DNA of 64,000 nt from a virus, in the IMG/VR virus record IMGVR_UViG_3300025120_014916, positions 1-64,000 of that record. One strand, given 5' to 3'. Under the pieces are notes generated by a model. It ran no database searches and was not told the DNA's origin. It saw nothing but the letters and a program-made list of their open reading frames with translations. Position 1 is the first letter of the stretch. Each line of letters starts with the position of its first letter. Positions 9,696 through 20,518 of this stretch are shown one piece after another. Made by a program: the position numbers and the translations under genes.

Positions 9696-9712
9696 TATTT
9701 TCCTGTTTTAAA

Positions 9713-12700
9713 CTACACGGTTCTGTATGTGGACGGGCCATTATTTATTTCACCAATAAAACTTTCAGCAATTGGAATTTCTTCAGTTGGTGATACTATA
9801 GCATTTAGCTTTTGTAACAAGTTACCGCGTGCGTTAATAACTGTACCTTGATTTCCAACTACAAGACCCAGACTCGTAGTAAAGTCGCCGCTGCTTATTG
9901 TATGTGTTACTGAATTAACAACGTAGCAATTATCTAAGTCTGTATTTGTTCCCATATCTATAAAAATAATAGTACCTCTTTCAACTAGTGGACAGCCAAG
10001 AATTTGCATATCAATTGTTGCTGGTAGCATTCTAATACTTTCGCCTACTGTATTTACATTTTTACTTACACTTTTTGATCTTCTATTTTTTTCAAAAGTC
10101 AACATTTTTGCCTGAGCTAATCTGTCTGAGGTTGTTGATGAAAGATTAATACTTTTTACAGTTGAAGATCCGGCGCCATATATCACAGTTGCATAATGAC
10201 GCTTAATATATTCTTTAAGTTCTGCATCAGATAGTTTGTTAATTCCTTTTGATATTATATCAGGTACAGTTTGATTTTTTGACAGTGATTTTTTACCACC
10301 ATATAATATCTGATTTGCTAAATCAACATTTGGAGAACCAATATTTACTTCATCAACTACGTGAATTCTTAATATTCTACCTGTGGCATACTCAGTTTGG
10401 GTTTCTTTATCATATAAAGCCCCTGCAGCTCCTAAAAATCTTATATCTGCATCTACATCGCTAGCTCCAATTGGTCGTATTGGTGATAAAACTTCAAGAT
10501 GTATGTTTAAAGCTGGAAACCTAAATGTATTAGTATCAGTTGCACCCAAGCCATCATTGGCGTATATCTCTTCTAATATCTCTAATTTTCTTTCACTAAA
10601 AGATTCTGTTATAAACTGACTGACTGCTGCTTTTAATATTTCTTCTTTCTTTTCTTTTATTTTTATTTTATTGTAATCTGTTAACCCCTTATCTCCAAAC
10701 TTACTAAAATAAGCGCTAATAACCTTCTCTTCAATTTTTTTATCCTTTTTAGCTTGTTTTAACATTTCATCGTATTTAAGTTTTCTTGCTTTTGTACCTA
10801 CTTCAGAAAGACCATATGCAGAAAAATCAGTTGAGTTTGTCAAAGCTGCAATCTTTGCAAACATTGTTTTTGCTGATATTGTGCCTAACTTAATTGTTTC
10901 GTCAAGTGGATCTAGAGAATCATCTTCAGATATCGTTGGTTCAAATATCATATCTAATTCTTCCTTCTTAAAAGGAAATGACGCGGTAGTATATTTTCTT
11001 GCTGCGCCTGCTGCGCTATTTAGAGGATAAAAAAACATCTGCACTTCTGAATAGTCACCTGTTGATATTAAGGGCGCTGCTACAAAGTTTGATATTATTT
11101 TTCCTAAAGAAACATATGATATATCATAAGCAGGACTACCTTCTGTGGCATTATAAAGGCTAGCCAATTCCGTTTCGTCTTTTTCTTCTGCAGTACCTCT
11201 TACGAAGCATGATGCTGTAAAGTAATCAGGCTGGACCATCTCACCATTAATTGAGTGAAAAAGTGAAGTATACTTTTCCTTAAGAAGTTTACCTGTATTT
11301 AATTTTAAGCTGCGGAATGTATTTGTTGCTATTTCTGAATTTGTAGATGTTGTTGTGTCTTTTTTAGATTCAATTTTTAATTTTTTCTTTAATGCTTCAA
11401 AACCTTCCTCTAGATTTTCTATACCTAGCATTTTGGCAATTGCTGTTATTATCGCTTCGTCTAGATTTCCGCCTTGATTTGCCCTTATCTTTGTCACTAT
11501 CTGTTCATAATCTTCAGCATTAACAACTGTTTCTACTGCATTTGCTGTTTGTATTAACAGTTCAAGCTGAGGATGAACGTACGTTATTTCTTCTAGGTGG
11601 ATACCAGATTGCCTTTTTTTTGCTTTTGCTACTAAAGACGTTACTATGCTTTCAATTGCAGGTGCTATAGATCTCAGCGGTATTCGTGCGCCGGCTGCTG
11701 CTGACACATCTTCAATATGTTGATTTCCCATAGAAACTATTTGCAAGTCTGCTTCAACTGAATTTCCTTGAAATCTTAAATTTGAAGATACTAAAGTGTA
11801 CATTTGTGTAGATTTCATTGAATCTAAAAATCTGCCTATCGGGTTATCTGAGTCTACAGCACCGTCCGGGTGACTCCACCCGATTGTTATTTTTACTCTT
11901 GACTTTGCTAATTGATTAATTGATATCAGTGGCGCAAAGTGTTTTAAGCGACTACGATCATGTATTGTTATAGCCATCGATCCTTTTTTATTACTAGTAA
12001 AGCCATAGCCACCCGATACAGTTGATAGTACTACGTTTTTTAGTGTTGCTTGCGGTGCAAATGGATCTAGTGCACTATTGTACGAGTTTGTTTTAATATT
12101 ACCAAGACTGAAAGAACCAGGCTCGCTATTTATATTTGCATTAACCATTGTTTGAGGTGATGTAAATATATTCATATACCCAATGTCTGTATCATATAAA
12201 TTAAGCTCTCTTTCATTGATTGGATATGTTTTGCCGGCGAAACCTTGTAATTTTTGTCTTTCATTACTATCAGTTTCATTACTAAAAAACTTCATATATC
12301 CCGCTGGATTTAAAAAATTCTCTTCGTGAGTACCAAAGTTTTGGTGATAGAATGTTACCTCTATGTACGGTGTGCATCTTGACATCTCTAAAGGCGTAAT
12401 ACCATTAAAAAAAAGTGATAAAAACTCTACTCTTCGCTTACTATAATTAAATTCGCTATCTTTAATTACGTAAGCACACATTTTTTTATCTACTAAAGAT
12501 GCAGGGTTTATTTTACCTTCTTTATTCACTATTTGTGTTTCAATAGGATCAGGTATTTTAAATTCTTCGAGAAAGATCTCTTTCTCTCCGTCTGTATACT
12601 CATCTACGTAAGTTAAACTTCTTGTGCCCAGGACATTTGAAGTATAAGCCTCAGTCCCTATATATATTGATTCACCGTCAGCGACGTCGCTTCCTATATA

Positions 12701-13207
12701 TGTCGCATCAATAATTCTTGATCGCAAATTTATATGTTCTCTTGTCATATACCGCATAGATGCCAAACTATTCTTGGAAACACTGTCGCCTGGGGTTTTT
12801 GAATCTCTATTTTTTAAGAGTACTTCTTTTGAAATACTTTGTTCCGACGATGATGTTGCACTAGTATCTGCAAGAATTTTTATATATCTATGAAGATTAG
12901 AAAGATCTCCTTTTTTATTGATACTAGCTAAACGACTTTGCCCGGAAATAACATCTGACGTGTGATATGCGCCAACAGCTGTGTCTAGTAAAGTTGAAAA
13001 AAACTCTCTTCTTATACTAGTAATATATTCTGCATCTTCATCATCATCTGATATCTTTAAATTAGATTGATTATCATTGTTTAAGCCAAATGAATAAAAA
13101 TCGTTACTCGGTCCTAGACCCATTATAAACCCATCATATTCTTCAATAACACTTAACAAAGTTTTCATTAATTCGTTTGGGTTTCTTGTCCTTTTAAAGT
13201 CTGGCAT
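9713..13207 (-). CDS. Large baseplate hub / late-control-D-like protein
   Basis: C-terminal ILGCPLVERGTIIFIDMG...YVVNSVTHTISSGDFTTSL is typical of gpD/gp27-like hubs. It follows the LysM gene in the tail operon. Confidence 0.6.
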   Translation of the reverse strand: MPDFKRTRNPNELMKTLLSVIEEYDGFIMGLGPSNDFYSFGLNNDNQSNLKISDDDEDAEYITSIRREFFSTLLDTAVGAYHTSDVISGQSRLASINKKGDLSNLHRYIKILADTSATSSSEQSISKEVLLKNRDSKTPGDSVSKNSLASMRYMTREHINLRSRIIDATYIGSDVADGESIYIGTEAYTSNVLGTRSLTYVDEYTDGEKEIFLEEFKIPDPIETQIVNKEGKINPASLVDKKMCAYVIKDSEFNYSKRRVEFLSLFFNGITPLEMSRCTPYIEVTFYHQNFGTHEENFLNPAGYMKFFSNETDSNERQKLQGFAGKTYPINERELNLYDTDIGYMNIFTSPQTMVNANINSEPGSFSLGNIKTNSYNSALDPFAPQATLKNVVLSTVSGGYGFTSNKKGSMAITIHDRSRLKHFAPLISINQLAKSRVKITIGWSHPDGAVDSDNPIGRFLDSMKSTQMYTLVSSNLRFQGNSVEADLQIVSMGNQHIEDVSAAAGARIPLRSIAPAIESIVTSLVAKAKKRQSGIHLEEITYVHPQLELLIQTANAVETVVNAEDYEQIVTKIRANQGGNLDEAIITAIAKMLGIENLEEGFEALKKKLKIESKKDTTTSTNSEIATNTFRSLKLNTGKLLKEKYTSLFHSINGEMVQPDYFTASCFVRGTAEEKDETELASLYNATEGSPAYDISYVSLGKIISNFVAAPLISTGDYSEVQMFFYPLNSAAGAARKYTTASFPFKKEELDMIFEPTISEDDSLDPLDETIKLGTISAKTMFAKIAALTNSTDFSAYGLSEVGTKARKLKYDEMLKQAKKDKKIEEKVISAYFSKFGDKGLTDYNKIKIKEKKEEILKAAVSQFITESFSERKLEILEEIYANDGLGATDTNTFRFPALNIHLEVLSPIRPIGASDVDADIRFLGAAGALYDKETQTEYATGRILRIHVVDEVNIGSPNVDLANQILYGGKKSLSKNQTVPDIISKGINKLSDAELKEYIKRHYATVIYGAGSSTVKSINLSSTTSDRLAQAKMLTFEKNRRSKSVSKNVNTVGESIRMLPATIDMQILGCPLVERGTIIFIDMGTNTDLDNCYVVNSVTHTISSGDFTTSLGLVVGNQGTVINARGNLLQKLNAIVSPTEEIPIAESFIGEINNGPSTYRTV

Positions 13208-13515
13208 TATCTTAGGTATCCTATAATAGAATCAATACCGATGGGTATTTGTAGAAGAGTTCCTGGAGGTACTTGTAAAGACCACCCGATTCCGCTAGCT
13301 GCGGCTATAACCCACCAATATTCTGATGATTTTAAATATAACTGAGCTAAAGTATCTAATCTTTCACCTTCTTGCACAGTATGTGTATTAAATTCTATTT
13401 CTGATCTAGTTATTGCAGACCTTATTCGCACATTGATCTTATTTGTTGATTTAAAAGATTTACCTTCGTCATTTTTCAAAGAAGGTATGAACGAATATCT
13501 AGAAAAAGATGACAT
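13207..13515 (-). CDS. LysM-domain baseplate protein (gpX/gp53-like)
   Basis: HTVQEGERLDTLAQLYLKSSEYWWVIAAASGI...VPPGTLLQIP. Confidence 0.85.
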   Translation of the reverse strand: MSSFSRYSFIPSLKNDEGKSFKSTNKINVRIRSAITRSEIEFNTHTVQEGERLDTLAQLYLKSSEYWWVIAAASGIGWSLQVPPGTLLQIPIGIDSIIGYLR

Positions 13516-13527
13516 TATGATCTCCTG

Positions 13528-16500
13528 TTATTTCTTACCTGTTATTTTAATACCTTTATTAGCTTGTTTTCTAAACTCAAACTCATCTTCTTTAAAGAAG
13601 CTTTCATATGAATCGCCAGATACGTTTTTCATTATATCACCAACATTATAAAGTGGTGCTCTATTGTATCCACTGTGGTCTAGACCAGGAGCTATATCAT
13701 GAATTACATCAAATGAAAAGCTTATCTTGCATCCGATAGGAGCTCTGCTATTATGATCTATTTCCCATGGAAAGTTATCTAACCAATTAAAAGAAACAGA
13801 TCCGATTGTTCCTGCTAAACCTCTACCGGAGGTTGATTCATAAGCTTTTGCAAATGGGTTGTTGAAAGAATCCATAAAGCTTGATTCTTGTGACTGATAG
13901 AGTGATCTTATCAAATCAATGGCTGGAGCTGTTCCTGTTGAATTTGCAAAACCTTTAATCAAGTTAGAGTTTAGTCCAGAATCTGCTAACGGAGAAATTA
14001 CACCGCCGGCTCCTGCTAATAATAGTCCAAACTCTAGTGTATCGATTAACGTCTTATTTGGCATTTGATATATATCAGAAGGCATGCAATACAAAACTAG
14101 ACTTTGGGCATCTGCGGGTATTGAAAAGTCGACAATTTCAACTTCATAAGTCACCTTAGTTTTACTAGTTTTTTCTAAATCTTTTGAAAATTTAATACCT
14201 TCATAAGAGCTTAAGTTCTTTTTTACTATTTTTACTTTAATTGGCTTTTGGATCATTAAGCGTTTACCAACCATTACATCATTACCGCCAATGATTTTAT
14301 ATCCTTGATTATAGTTTGAATTAAGATAAACAGTATAGTTTTTGTGTGGACCTGAAAGCTGATCGCCAATCGATTCTGCTATAGATTGGCCGGCATTCTG
14401 AGCAGGTGTAGTTTTGTCAAATTTATTTCCAGCTATTGCTGAATTAATCTCTACGTTAGGATCTTTTATTCTATTTAAAACGAAACCCAATGTCAAAGGA
14501 TTGACAAAACCATTTTTTAAAAAGTTTGTTGCTGTTGAGCTAAGACCCGACAGTGCTTTTTGTCCAAAACTGCCAAGTTTGGCAGCTTGGTCTTTAGTAC
14601 CTTGCAAATTAAAAAATTGAATTGGAGATCCATACACAAGTGCTAACAATGAAACACTGTAATCTTTTATTTTATTTATTACATTTTGTGCTTCGTAATC
14701 AAATGCATTTGTTATAATCGCAGCAGGCGAACTATCTGCTGGTAGAGGTTGTACATCGCCATCTCCAATTCCAAACATTCTAGCTAGATTAAACTTTGAA
14801 TAATTTGATTTTATTATATCACCTACTCTCATTCTTACTAACGGTGATGCACCCAGTACTTGGGTATTTGGTTGAAGAAACTTGCTAGTTACTCCGCCCT
14901 CCAAACTTTGGCCTACCATGGTTCCTTTTGTCCACTGTGGATAGAGTAAAGTTACAAACTTATTAATCTTATACCACATTGTGTTAAAATCTTGTTTAGA
15001 AGTTGCAACAACTGTGAAGCCTATTGATATACTTCTAGTGGTACTTTCGTATATTCTTACCGGATCTAGTCTTCCGTAGCCTGGAAACGTACTATAGTTG
15101 GGATTGATAGTGTCAGTAAGTGAATCTAAAAATGCATGAAAAGATATAATTTCATTAGTTCTAAGATCTTGAAAATAAAACGGTACGTATTCAGCATCTA
15201 ATTTGTTTTCTAATGTTTCTACTACCTCTTTTGGTATTCTATTACTTGACCCGTCCATGTTTTTTGAAAAATAAGTTTGATCAACTAATTCAGAACCAAC
15301 CATTGCTGTGAAAGGATTAGGGCCCGAAACTATTTTATCCAATCTTCCTGCTGCTCTTATAGGATTAAGTGGTAATAAATATGCAGAAGGTACATCATTT
15401 TGTGACCAAGCTAATTGGTTTTGCCTGTAACCATTATCTTTTCTGCTCTTTCCCACTCTTGTCCCGGGTGAATCCGGCAATGAATCAACGTTTCTAGATC
15501 TTTTAAAAAATGCGTCATTTGATATATCTCCGCCGCCATATGCCTGAAATGATGCATCACCCACAGTTGCAATTGCATTCATATATCTTATAATGTTATT
15601 TGAGGCCATGGCAGATATAAAATTATTTATACTTTCAGAATCTATATCAGTTTGGCTAAGAAGATCTAAACTGTCAAATGTTTGATTTGCTGACTTAATT
15701 GCTGATCTAGATACAGCTAGCCAAAAACCAGGTGACGATGTAACTTGTTTTGATATTTTTATACTTTCAACTGTTGGTTTTTCCCTTTTGGCAGTATTAT
15801 CTACATATTCAATACCGAATAGAACTTTTAGGCCTCTATCGAAACTAGACTTGTAAGGATATCTAGTTGGAACCAATACAGAATTTTTTATATAATCTAG
15901 TTTTAAATTGACTAGTTTTCTTGCATGTCCTAAAAGTGGCTCGTGAAGAAATTCATTAAAATTATCTTCAATTTTACTGTATACATCGCCATTTAGATCT
16001 GCTATACTAGTCAAGTGTCTAATTATGCTGCTGTAAATTCGCCTTGATACCTCATCAAGCGCGTAAAGAGACAATGCGGCTTGATACTTGTGAAGTTTAT
16101 GATTTTTACCTGAAAAATGCATTCCTGAATTATATGTTGCGCCGTAAGAACTTCTAGTGTCTACATGACCAATAGCCTCACCTCTTCCAGCTCTAATGCT
16201 CTCATCTGACGCTTCTTTTTGTGGAAACCCGGTTGCGTTTTTTGCTCGATAAGCTTCCGCCTGAATTCCTGGCGCACCAATCTCGTTTGGTCTGCCTTTT
16301 ATTAAGCTACTTCTTAATTCCCCGGTCACCATACTAGCTTCTAGTTCTTCTGGGTTTAAACTTTCTCCCGGGGTATCACCATTATCAAATCCACTGACTT
16401 TCATTAGTAAACTAGCACCTAAATTTTTAAGCTGTTCTAGTCTGACTAGTGTTTCTTCATCTAGATGAGAATGAGAACCAAACTTATTGTTAATTTTAAG

Positions 16501-17154
16501 TTTTTCTTTTTGATCATGGGTATCCTGTGATTCGTTTTTACTTACAAAGATTTCTTTGTTTGGAATATTACCAAATCTAGACTTGATTAATACTTCATTG
16601 TGCACAGCTTGTACAACCTTGTTATCTTCACCTTCTTGATGAGTTACTTCTCCATAGTCATTTGTACCGGTACCTTCAATTGAATTTAAAAGTTTATGCC
16701 CACTGTTTTCATCATTGTCTAGACCTATTTTATCTACTACATCTTTAATATTTACAAATTGTCCGTTAGAGTAGACATTAAAGTTTGAAGCCAATTCAGT
16801 ACCGGGCGTTATATATATTTTTTCTGCGCCATGCTCACTAGATATTGCTAGATACTCGCCTCTATTTGTTGGTGCTGAGGCTTCATTTCCCGGGCTAATA
16901 GGATATACATGATCTGCTTCTTTAGATAAAAAACTTAAGTAGTCACCAAGTATTCCTGCCGGGTCAGCACTGTCTAAGTCTAATAAAGTTTGTCCGGAGT
17001 TAGGATCTATTTTAATATCTTCATTACCGCCTAAATGTAAAGAATTTAGATTACCAAGACCGTCAGGCGTAGGCTCCGAATCATGAGAAAAAGATATACT
17101 ATCTTCAGGTATTGCATTTTTTATAAAAAAATCTTTTAAGGTCTCTCTAGACAT
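13528..17154 (-). CDS. Large baseplate / tail tube initiator-like protein
   Basis: C-terminal half has a tube-initiator-like pattern (FHAFLDSLTD...YGRLDPVRIYESTTRSISIGF...PLVRMRVGD...GSVSFNW...WEI...PIGCKISFSF). Probable ATG at 17154; the track uses GTG at 17190. Confidence 0.55.
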   Translation of the reverse strand: MSRETLKDFFIKNAIPEDSISFSHDSEPTPDGLGNLNSLHLGGNEDIKIDPNSGQTLLDLDSADPAGILGDYLSFLSKEADHVYPISPGNEASAPTNRGEYLAISSEHGAEKIYITPGTELASNFNVYSNGQFVNIKDVVDKIGLDNDENSGHKLLNSIEGTGTNDYGEVTHQEGEDNKVVQAVHNEVLIKSRFGNIPNKEIFVSKNESQDTHDQKEKLKINNKFGSHSHLDEETLVRLEQLKNLGASLLMKVSGFDNGDTPGESLNPEELEASMVTGELRSSLIKGRPNEIGAPGIQAEAYRAKNATGFPQKEASDESIRAGRGEAIGHVDTRSSYGATYNSGMHFSGKNHKLHKYQAALSLYALDEVSRRIYSSIIRHLTSIADLNGDVYSKIEDNFNEFLHEPLLGHARKLVNLKLDYIKNSVLVPTRYPYKSSFDRGLKVLFGIEYVDNTAKREKPTVESIKISKQVTSSPGFWLAVSRSAIKSANQTFDSLDLLSQTDIDSESINNFISAMASNNIIRYMNAIATVGDASFQAYGGGDISNDAFFKRSRNVDSLPDSPGTRVGKSRKDNGYRQNQLAWSQNDVPSAYLLPLNPIRAAGRLDKIVSGPNPFTAMVGSELVDQTYFSKNMDGSSNRIPKEVVETLENKLDAEYVPFYFQDLRTNEIISFHAFLDSLTDTINPNYSTFPGYGRLDPVRIYESTTRSISIGFTVVATSKQDFNTMWYKINKFVTLLYPQWTKGTMVGQSLEGGVTSKFLQPNTQVLGASPLVRMRVGDIIKSNYSKFNLARMFGIGDGDVQPLPADSSPAAIITNAFDYEAQNVINKIKDYSVSLLALVYGSPIQFFNLQGTKDQAAKLGSFGQKALSGLSSTATNFLKNGFVNPLTLGFVLNRIKDPNVEINSAIAGNKFDKTTPAQNAGQSIAESIGDQLSGPHKNYTVYLNSNYNQGYKIIGGNDVMVGKRLMIQKPIKVKIVKKNLSSYEGIKFSKDLEKTSKTKVTYEVEIVDFSIPADAQSLVLYCMPSDIYQMPNKTLIDTLEFGLLLAGAGGVISPLADSGLNSNLIKGFANSTGTAPAIDLIRSLYQSQESSFMDSFNNPFAKAYESTSGRGLAGTIGSVSFNWLDNFPWEIDHNSRAPIGCKISFSFDVIHDIAPGLDHSGYNRAPLYNVGDIMKNVSGDSYESFFKEDEFEFRKQANKGIKITGKK

Positions 17155-17353
17155 TGTCGTTCTCTTCAATATACTGTTTAATCGATTCACTTAGATTTTT
17201 AATATTAATTTTTTCGACTTTTTTTTGTAAATTAGAAACTAATTGTTCTATAAATATATTAATCTCTTTTTCTTCTTCTTCACTAAGATCAGTAGCAATA
17301 TAATTTTTTGTTTTTTGTAATGATTCTTTTATTTCGTCTATGTTGATTTTCAT
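17147..17353 (-). CDS. Small hypothetical protein (68 aa)
   Basis: Fills the gap between tape measure and initiator genes, has an AGGA RBS, and its stop overlaps the next start. Confidence 0.7.
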   Translation of the reverse strand: MKINIDEIKESLQKTKNYIATDLSEEEEKEINIFIEQLVSNLQKKVEKINIKNLSESIKQYIEENDNV

Positions 17354-17361
17354 TATATTCC

Positions 17362-19413
17362 TTATTTAGTTTCTGTTTTAACAATTTTTTGCGGCTCGCC
17401 GGCGATAATAAACTCACCATCTAACATTATCCTACCTAATTCAGACTTGTTTACCATAAGTATTATTTCTTTATTAGAATTTGTATTTTGATTATAATTT
17501 GTCAGTGCCGTTGTTAGTTCCGCCAATTTTCTGTTTGTTTCTTCATTGTTGGTACCAGCTGTCGATGCGTTTAGTATTGCTGTACTTTCAACTTCTTCAA
17601 GTTTTGCAACAATAGCTGAATTACTGTCAGCATTTGATACCGGTTGAGCTGTGTTTGTGCCACCGGTAGTATTTTGAACAGGTGTAATTGCCGCATTCTT
17701 ACCAAAAAGAGCTCCTGATTTGCTTAGCAAAGCAGCTGCTCTGCTTCCATAAGTTGTATTAGCGACTGTCGGAGGAACTTGTGCTTGAACAGACGGGCTA
17801 GCATTTTTAGAAGGATTCTGTTTTTCAGAAACTGCACTAGCTCCTTCTGTCAATAATTCTAGAAATTCATGTACGCCTATTCTTGTTTCAGTATCTATTT
17901 TTGTGCTAGCTGACTTAGCAATACCGCCTTGAGTCTGAACAGCAAATTTCATACCTTCCACAGCAGTTACTTGATCAGTTAAATCTATGTTATCTCTAAT
18001 ATTAGCATTAAGCTTAGAATATTCATCTGAAGCATTAAGCAGATCTTGCTTAAGCGGATGAAGAGCTCTTGTTCTCATATAATTTATAGCCTTAGCTGAA
18101 TCGTTAGCATACTTTGGTGCTAATTCCAATTGATCTGTTAACGCCTGTGCAGCAGGAGTTTTATCAGCTGCGATTTTATCAATTTCATCAATTAACCCAT
18201 GCTCGTCAAACTCTCTACTTGTGTCCAACATGGCTCTAAATTGCTCTCTACCCATGCTTAAGCCGGCTGCCATTTGCCTTTGTTCAGCTTTTCCTAGCGA
18301 TTCGAATTTTTCTTTTGTAAAGTTTCCTGCCAAAAACATTCTTCTCAATTCAGGCAAGAATTTTTCTTGTTCTTCAGATGCTAGATACATTAATTGTTGT
18401 GCATCTAAGTTAACGGCGCCGCCTGTGATTTGAGATATTAGACCGCTTGTTTCTGCAGATGATCCAAACTCTTGAAATTTGTCTAGAACACCGGTAAAGC
18501 TATCATATGTCTGTCCTAATTGTCCTAAGGTTGCTGCTATTCTCGTTGCTTCTTCTGCAGTCACATCACCCATTCGCTGCGTATCATTTGTTATCTGCAC
18601 AGCGTTTTGAGCAATTGATTTTAAAGGTACTCCGGTCGACTTTGCTAATCCTTGTGAAAACTTTGCTATGTCATCTAGCATAGTAGTTTGGGCTTTACCT
18701 GTAGTGTTGATTTGAATCTCAATGTTTTTAGCAACATCTGCAGAAGAGATGCCTAGTGCTTTTGAGTATAAAGGTAATTTGTAGAGAGTTTCTTCGTCTA
18801 ACTGATTAATATACTGTGAATGTTGATCAACTAAACGACCTAGAACTCTTTCTGACTCGTTAAATGCTTCTGCTTCATCCTCGAAATAAGCACTGACAGC
18901 ATTATTAGAAAAGCCTAGTTTTTTAGCCATATCTGTGCCGGAATTACCAACATCGTAGTAGTATTTTTGCATACTGTCTAATCTATCTATGACTGCTTTT
19001 GAAGAGCCGGTAGCTTTGTCTAGATCGATATTTAAACCACCGTATCCTTCCTGTATTGCATTATACTGATCTAGCACCGGTGTTGCCATAGTTGATAGTG
19101 CTTCAAGGCTTCCGTCATAAATCTCAACTGCTTTTGCTGGTAAAGATATAGCTTTTGTAAAAGCAGTCATCTGTTTTTTTAATTGACTGTCGATATTTTT
19201 AGTTGATTCGGAATCAAGATTAATTGATGTGTCGATTTGTCTAGACTCTGTCGACGACCTATCATCTTTCATTTTACTCGGATCAATTGTTTGGTCTCTG
19301 TTATCCGGAACAAACTCTCCAGATTTGGCCACACCATAGTCTGTTAATGCTTTCTTAAAAGCACCTTCTAGCATGTTTTGAACTGACGATTCTTCTTCCC
19401 ACCAATTAGCCAT
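17362..19413 (-). CDS. Tail tape measure protein
   Basis: Helical Ala/Gln/Leu-rich protein located directly after the tube and chaperone genes. RBS CAGGAGAGG. Confidence 0.7.
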   Translation of the reverse strand: MANWWEEESSVQNMLEGAFKKALTDYGVAKSGEFVPDNRDQTIDPSKMKDDRSSTESRQIDTSINLDSESTKNIDSQLKKQMTAFTKAISLPAKAVEIYDGSLEALSTMATPVLDQYNAIQEGYGGLNIDLDKATGSSKAVIDRLDSMQKYYYDVGNSGTDMAKKLGFSNNAVSAYFEDEAEAFNESERVLGRLVDQHSQYINQLDEETLYKLPLYSKALGISSADVAKNIEIQINTTGKAQTTMLDDIAKFSQGLAKSTGVPLKSIAQNAVQITNDTQRMGDVTAEEATRIAATLGQLGQTYDSFTGVLDKFQEFGSSAETSGLISQITGGAVNLDAQQLMYLASEEQEKFLPELRRMFLAGNFTKEKFESLGKAEQRQMAAGLSMGREQFRAMLDTSREFDEHGLIDEIDKIAADKTPAAQALTDQLELAPKYANDSAKAINYMRTRALHPLKQDLLNASDEYSKLNANIRDNIDLTDQVTAVEGMKFAVQTQGGIAKSASTKIDTETRIGVHEFLELLTEGASAVSEKQNPSKNASPSVQAQVPPTVANTTYGSRAAALLSKSGALFGKNAAITPVQNTTGGTNTAQPVSNADSNSAIVAKLEEVESTAILNASTAGTNNEETNRKLAELTTALTNYNQNTNSNKEIILMVNKSELGRIMLDGEFIIAGEPQKIVKTETK

Positions 19414-19445
19414 TTACCTCTCCTGATAATACTAATTATATATCA

Positions 19446-19691
19446 TCAAGAATTCTTTGACAACATATCTTCATATTCTCTGAGTTTGCTCATATTTTCA
19501 TGACCCGCATCTTGATTCTGCTTGCCAGATATTGCTTCGTTTCTTTGCTCAATATCTTGCACTATACGGGTGATAAACCACTTGCGATAAGCAACCGGTA
19601 GATTTTTCACCTCTGAATATGACATATTGAGGTGGCGCTGGAGCACGAAAGCTTCTTCTAAGAAACTAACCCTCCAGCTATGTACTGGGCC
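19446..19691 (-). CDS. Second tail assembly chaperone segment, probably reached by frameshift
   Basis: GPVHSWRVSFLEEAFVLQRHLNMSYSEVKNLPVAYRKWFITRI... overlaps the end of the upstream gene at a T7 run. No well-placed RBS and start codon precede this segment. Confidence 0.65.
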   Translation of the reverse strand, partial: GPVHSWRVSFLEEAFVLQRHLNMSYSEVKNLPVAYRKWFITRIVQDIEQRNEAISGKQNQDAGHENMSKLREYEDMLSKNS

Positions 19692-20505
19692 AAAAAAACT
19701 CTGAAGTAATCGGAAGTTTGATTTCATTTGTATGCCCACAATTTTTACATTCAAAACTGTGTGACATATCCATGCCCGGTTCATTTTTATTTATAAACTT
19801 TCTTAAGGCTTTTGAATCGAATGCCGGCATATTCATTACAAAATGTTTAATTTTGTTCTTATCTCTAATGCCCTCAATTGATAATATTGAGTATTCTAAA
19901 AAAGAAGTTATATTGTTTTCAACTTTTGTTTCTAAATGCCTAGAAGTAAATTTTGCCGCGGCAGCTCTATCTTTATCATCTTTGTCAGTTAAAAATTTAA
20001 AAGTTACTTTTTTCTTTGTAACTGGAAGAAAAAATTCAAATTCATTTTTGCCATTCTCCACAGGAGGTATTTCTAAACGCTTAATCCCTAGATTATCTAG
20101 TTTTGCTGTGGCTTTGTTTTTATAAGAACAACTTTCGCATTCACCCGTATAAGGGTATTCAGGCCCGTATCCAGTAATTCTAATAGAAATCATTAATGCG
20201 TTTCTGTCACCAGATATCATATCAGAAGGATCAAACTTTGTGTTAACAACACAAGATCTAATTAAGTTTGTTACGACTGTGCCTTGTTTTAAAAGCGCTT
20301 GTGATGCTAGAATATCTTCTTCTTTTGCAGTCATTGCTTTTATTTGGACTGATTCTAGCCCATACAAATCAGAATCCGGATCGTATATTACACCTCTTGA
20401 GGGGATTGGAACTAGTTCGTACGGTACTTCCCATCCAAATTCGTCTTTCATTACGTTGCTTTTCATGACATGCTGTGACATGTCTTTTCCAAATAGTTCT
20501 GACAT
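19678..20505 (-). CDS. Baseplate hub assembly / tail assembly chaperone, T4 gp26-like
   Basis: IKAMTAKEEDIL, SGDRNALMISIRITGYG, CxxC twice, C-terminal FFWP. Lies between tube and tape measure. Confidence 0.7.
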   Translation of the reverse strand: MSELFGKDMSQHVMKSNVMKDEFGWEVPYELVPIPSRGVIYDPDSDLYGLESVQIKAMTAKEEDILASQALLKQGTVVTNLIRSCVVNTKFDPSDMISGDRNALMISIRITGYGPEYPYTGECESCSYKNKATAKLDNLGIKRLEIPPVENGKNEFEFFLPVTKKKVTFKFLTDKDDKDRAAAAKFTSRHLETKVENNITSFLEYSILSIEGIRDKNKIKHFVMNMPAFDSKALRKFINKNEPGMDMSHSFECKNCGHTNEIKLPITSEFFWPST

Positions 20506-20518
20506 ATTTTCCTCTTAT

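Noticed and set aside
13528-13651. Missing gene between tail genes or hidden overlapping ORF at the LysM junction
   Set aside because: The minus-strand genes abut with 12-nt spacing and a normal RBS. The plus-strand 72-aa ORF has no support.
19692-19784. Track start at 19784 for the 112-aa ORF
   Set aside because: It lies about 100 nt inside the conserved chaperone gene with no RBS. The first 31 residues look like off-frame sequence.
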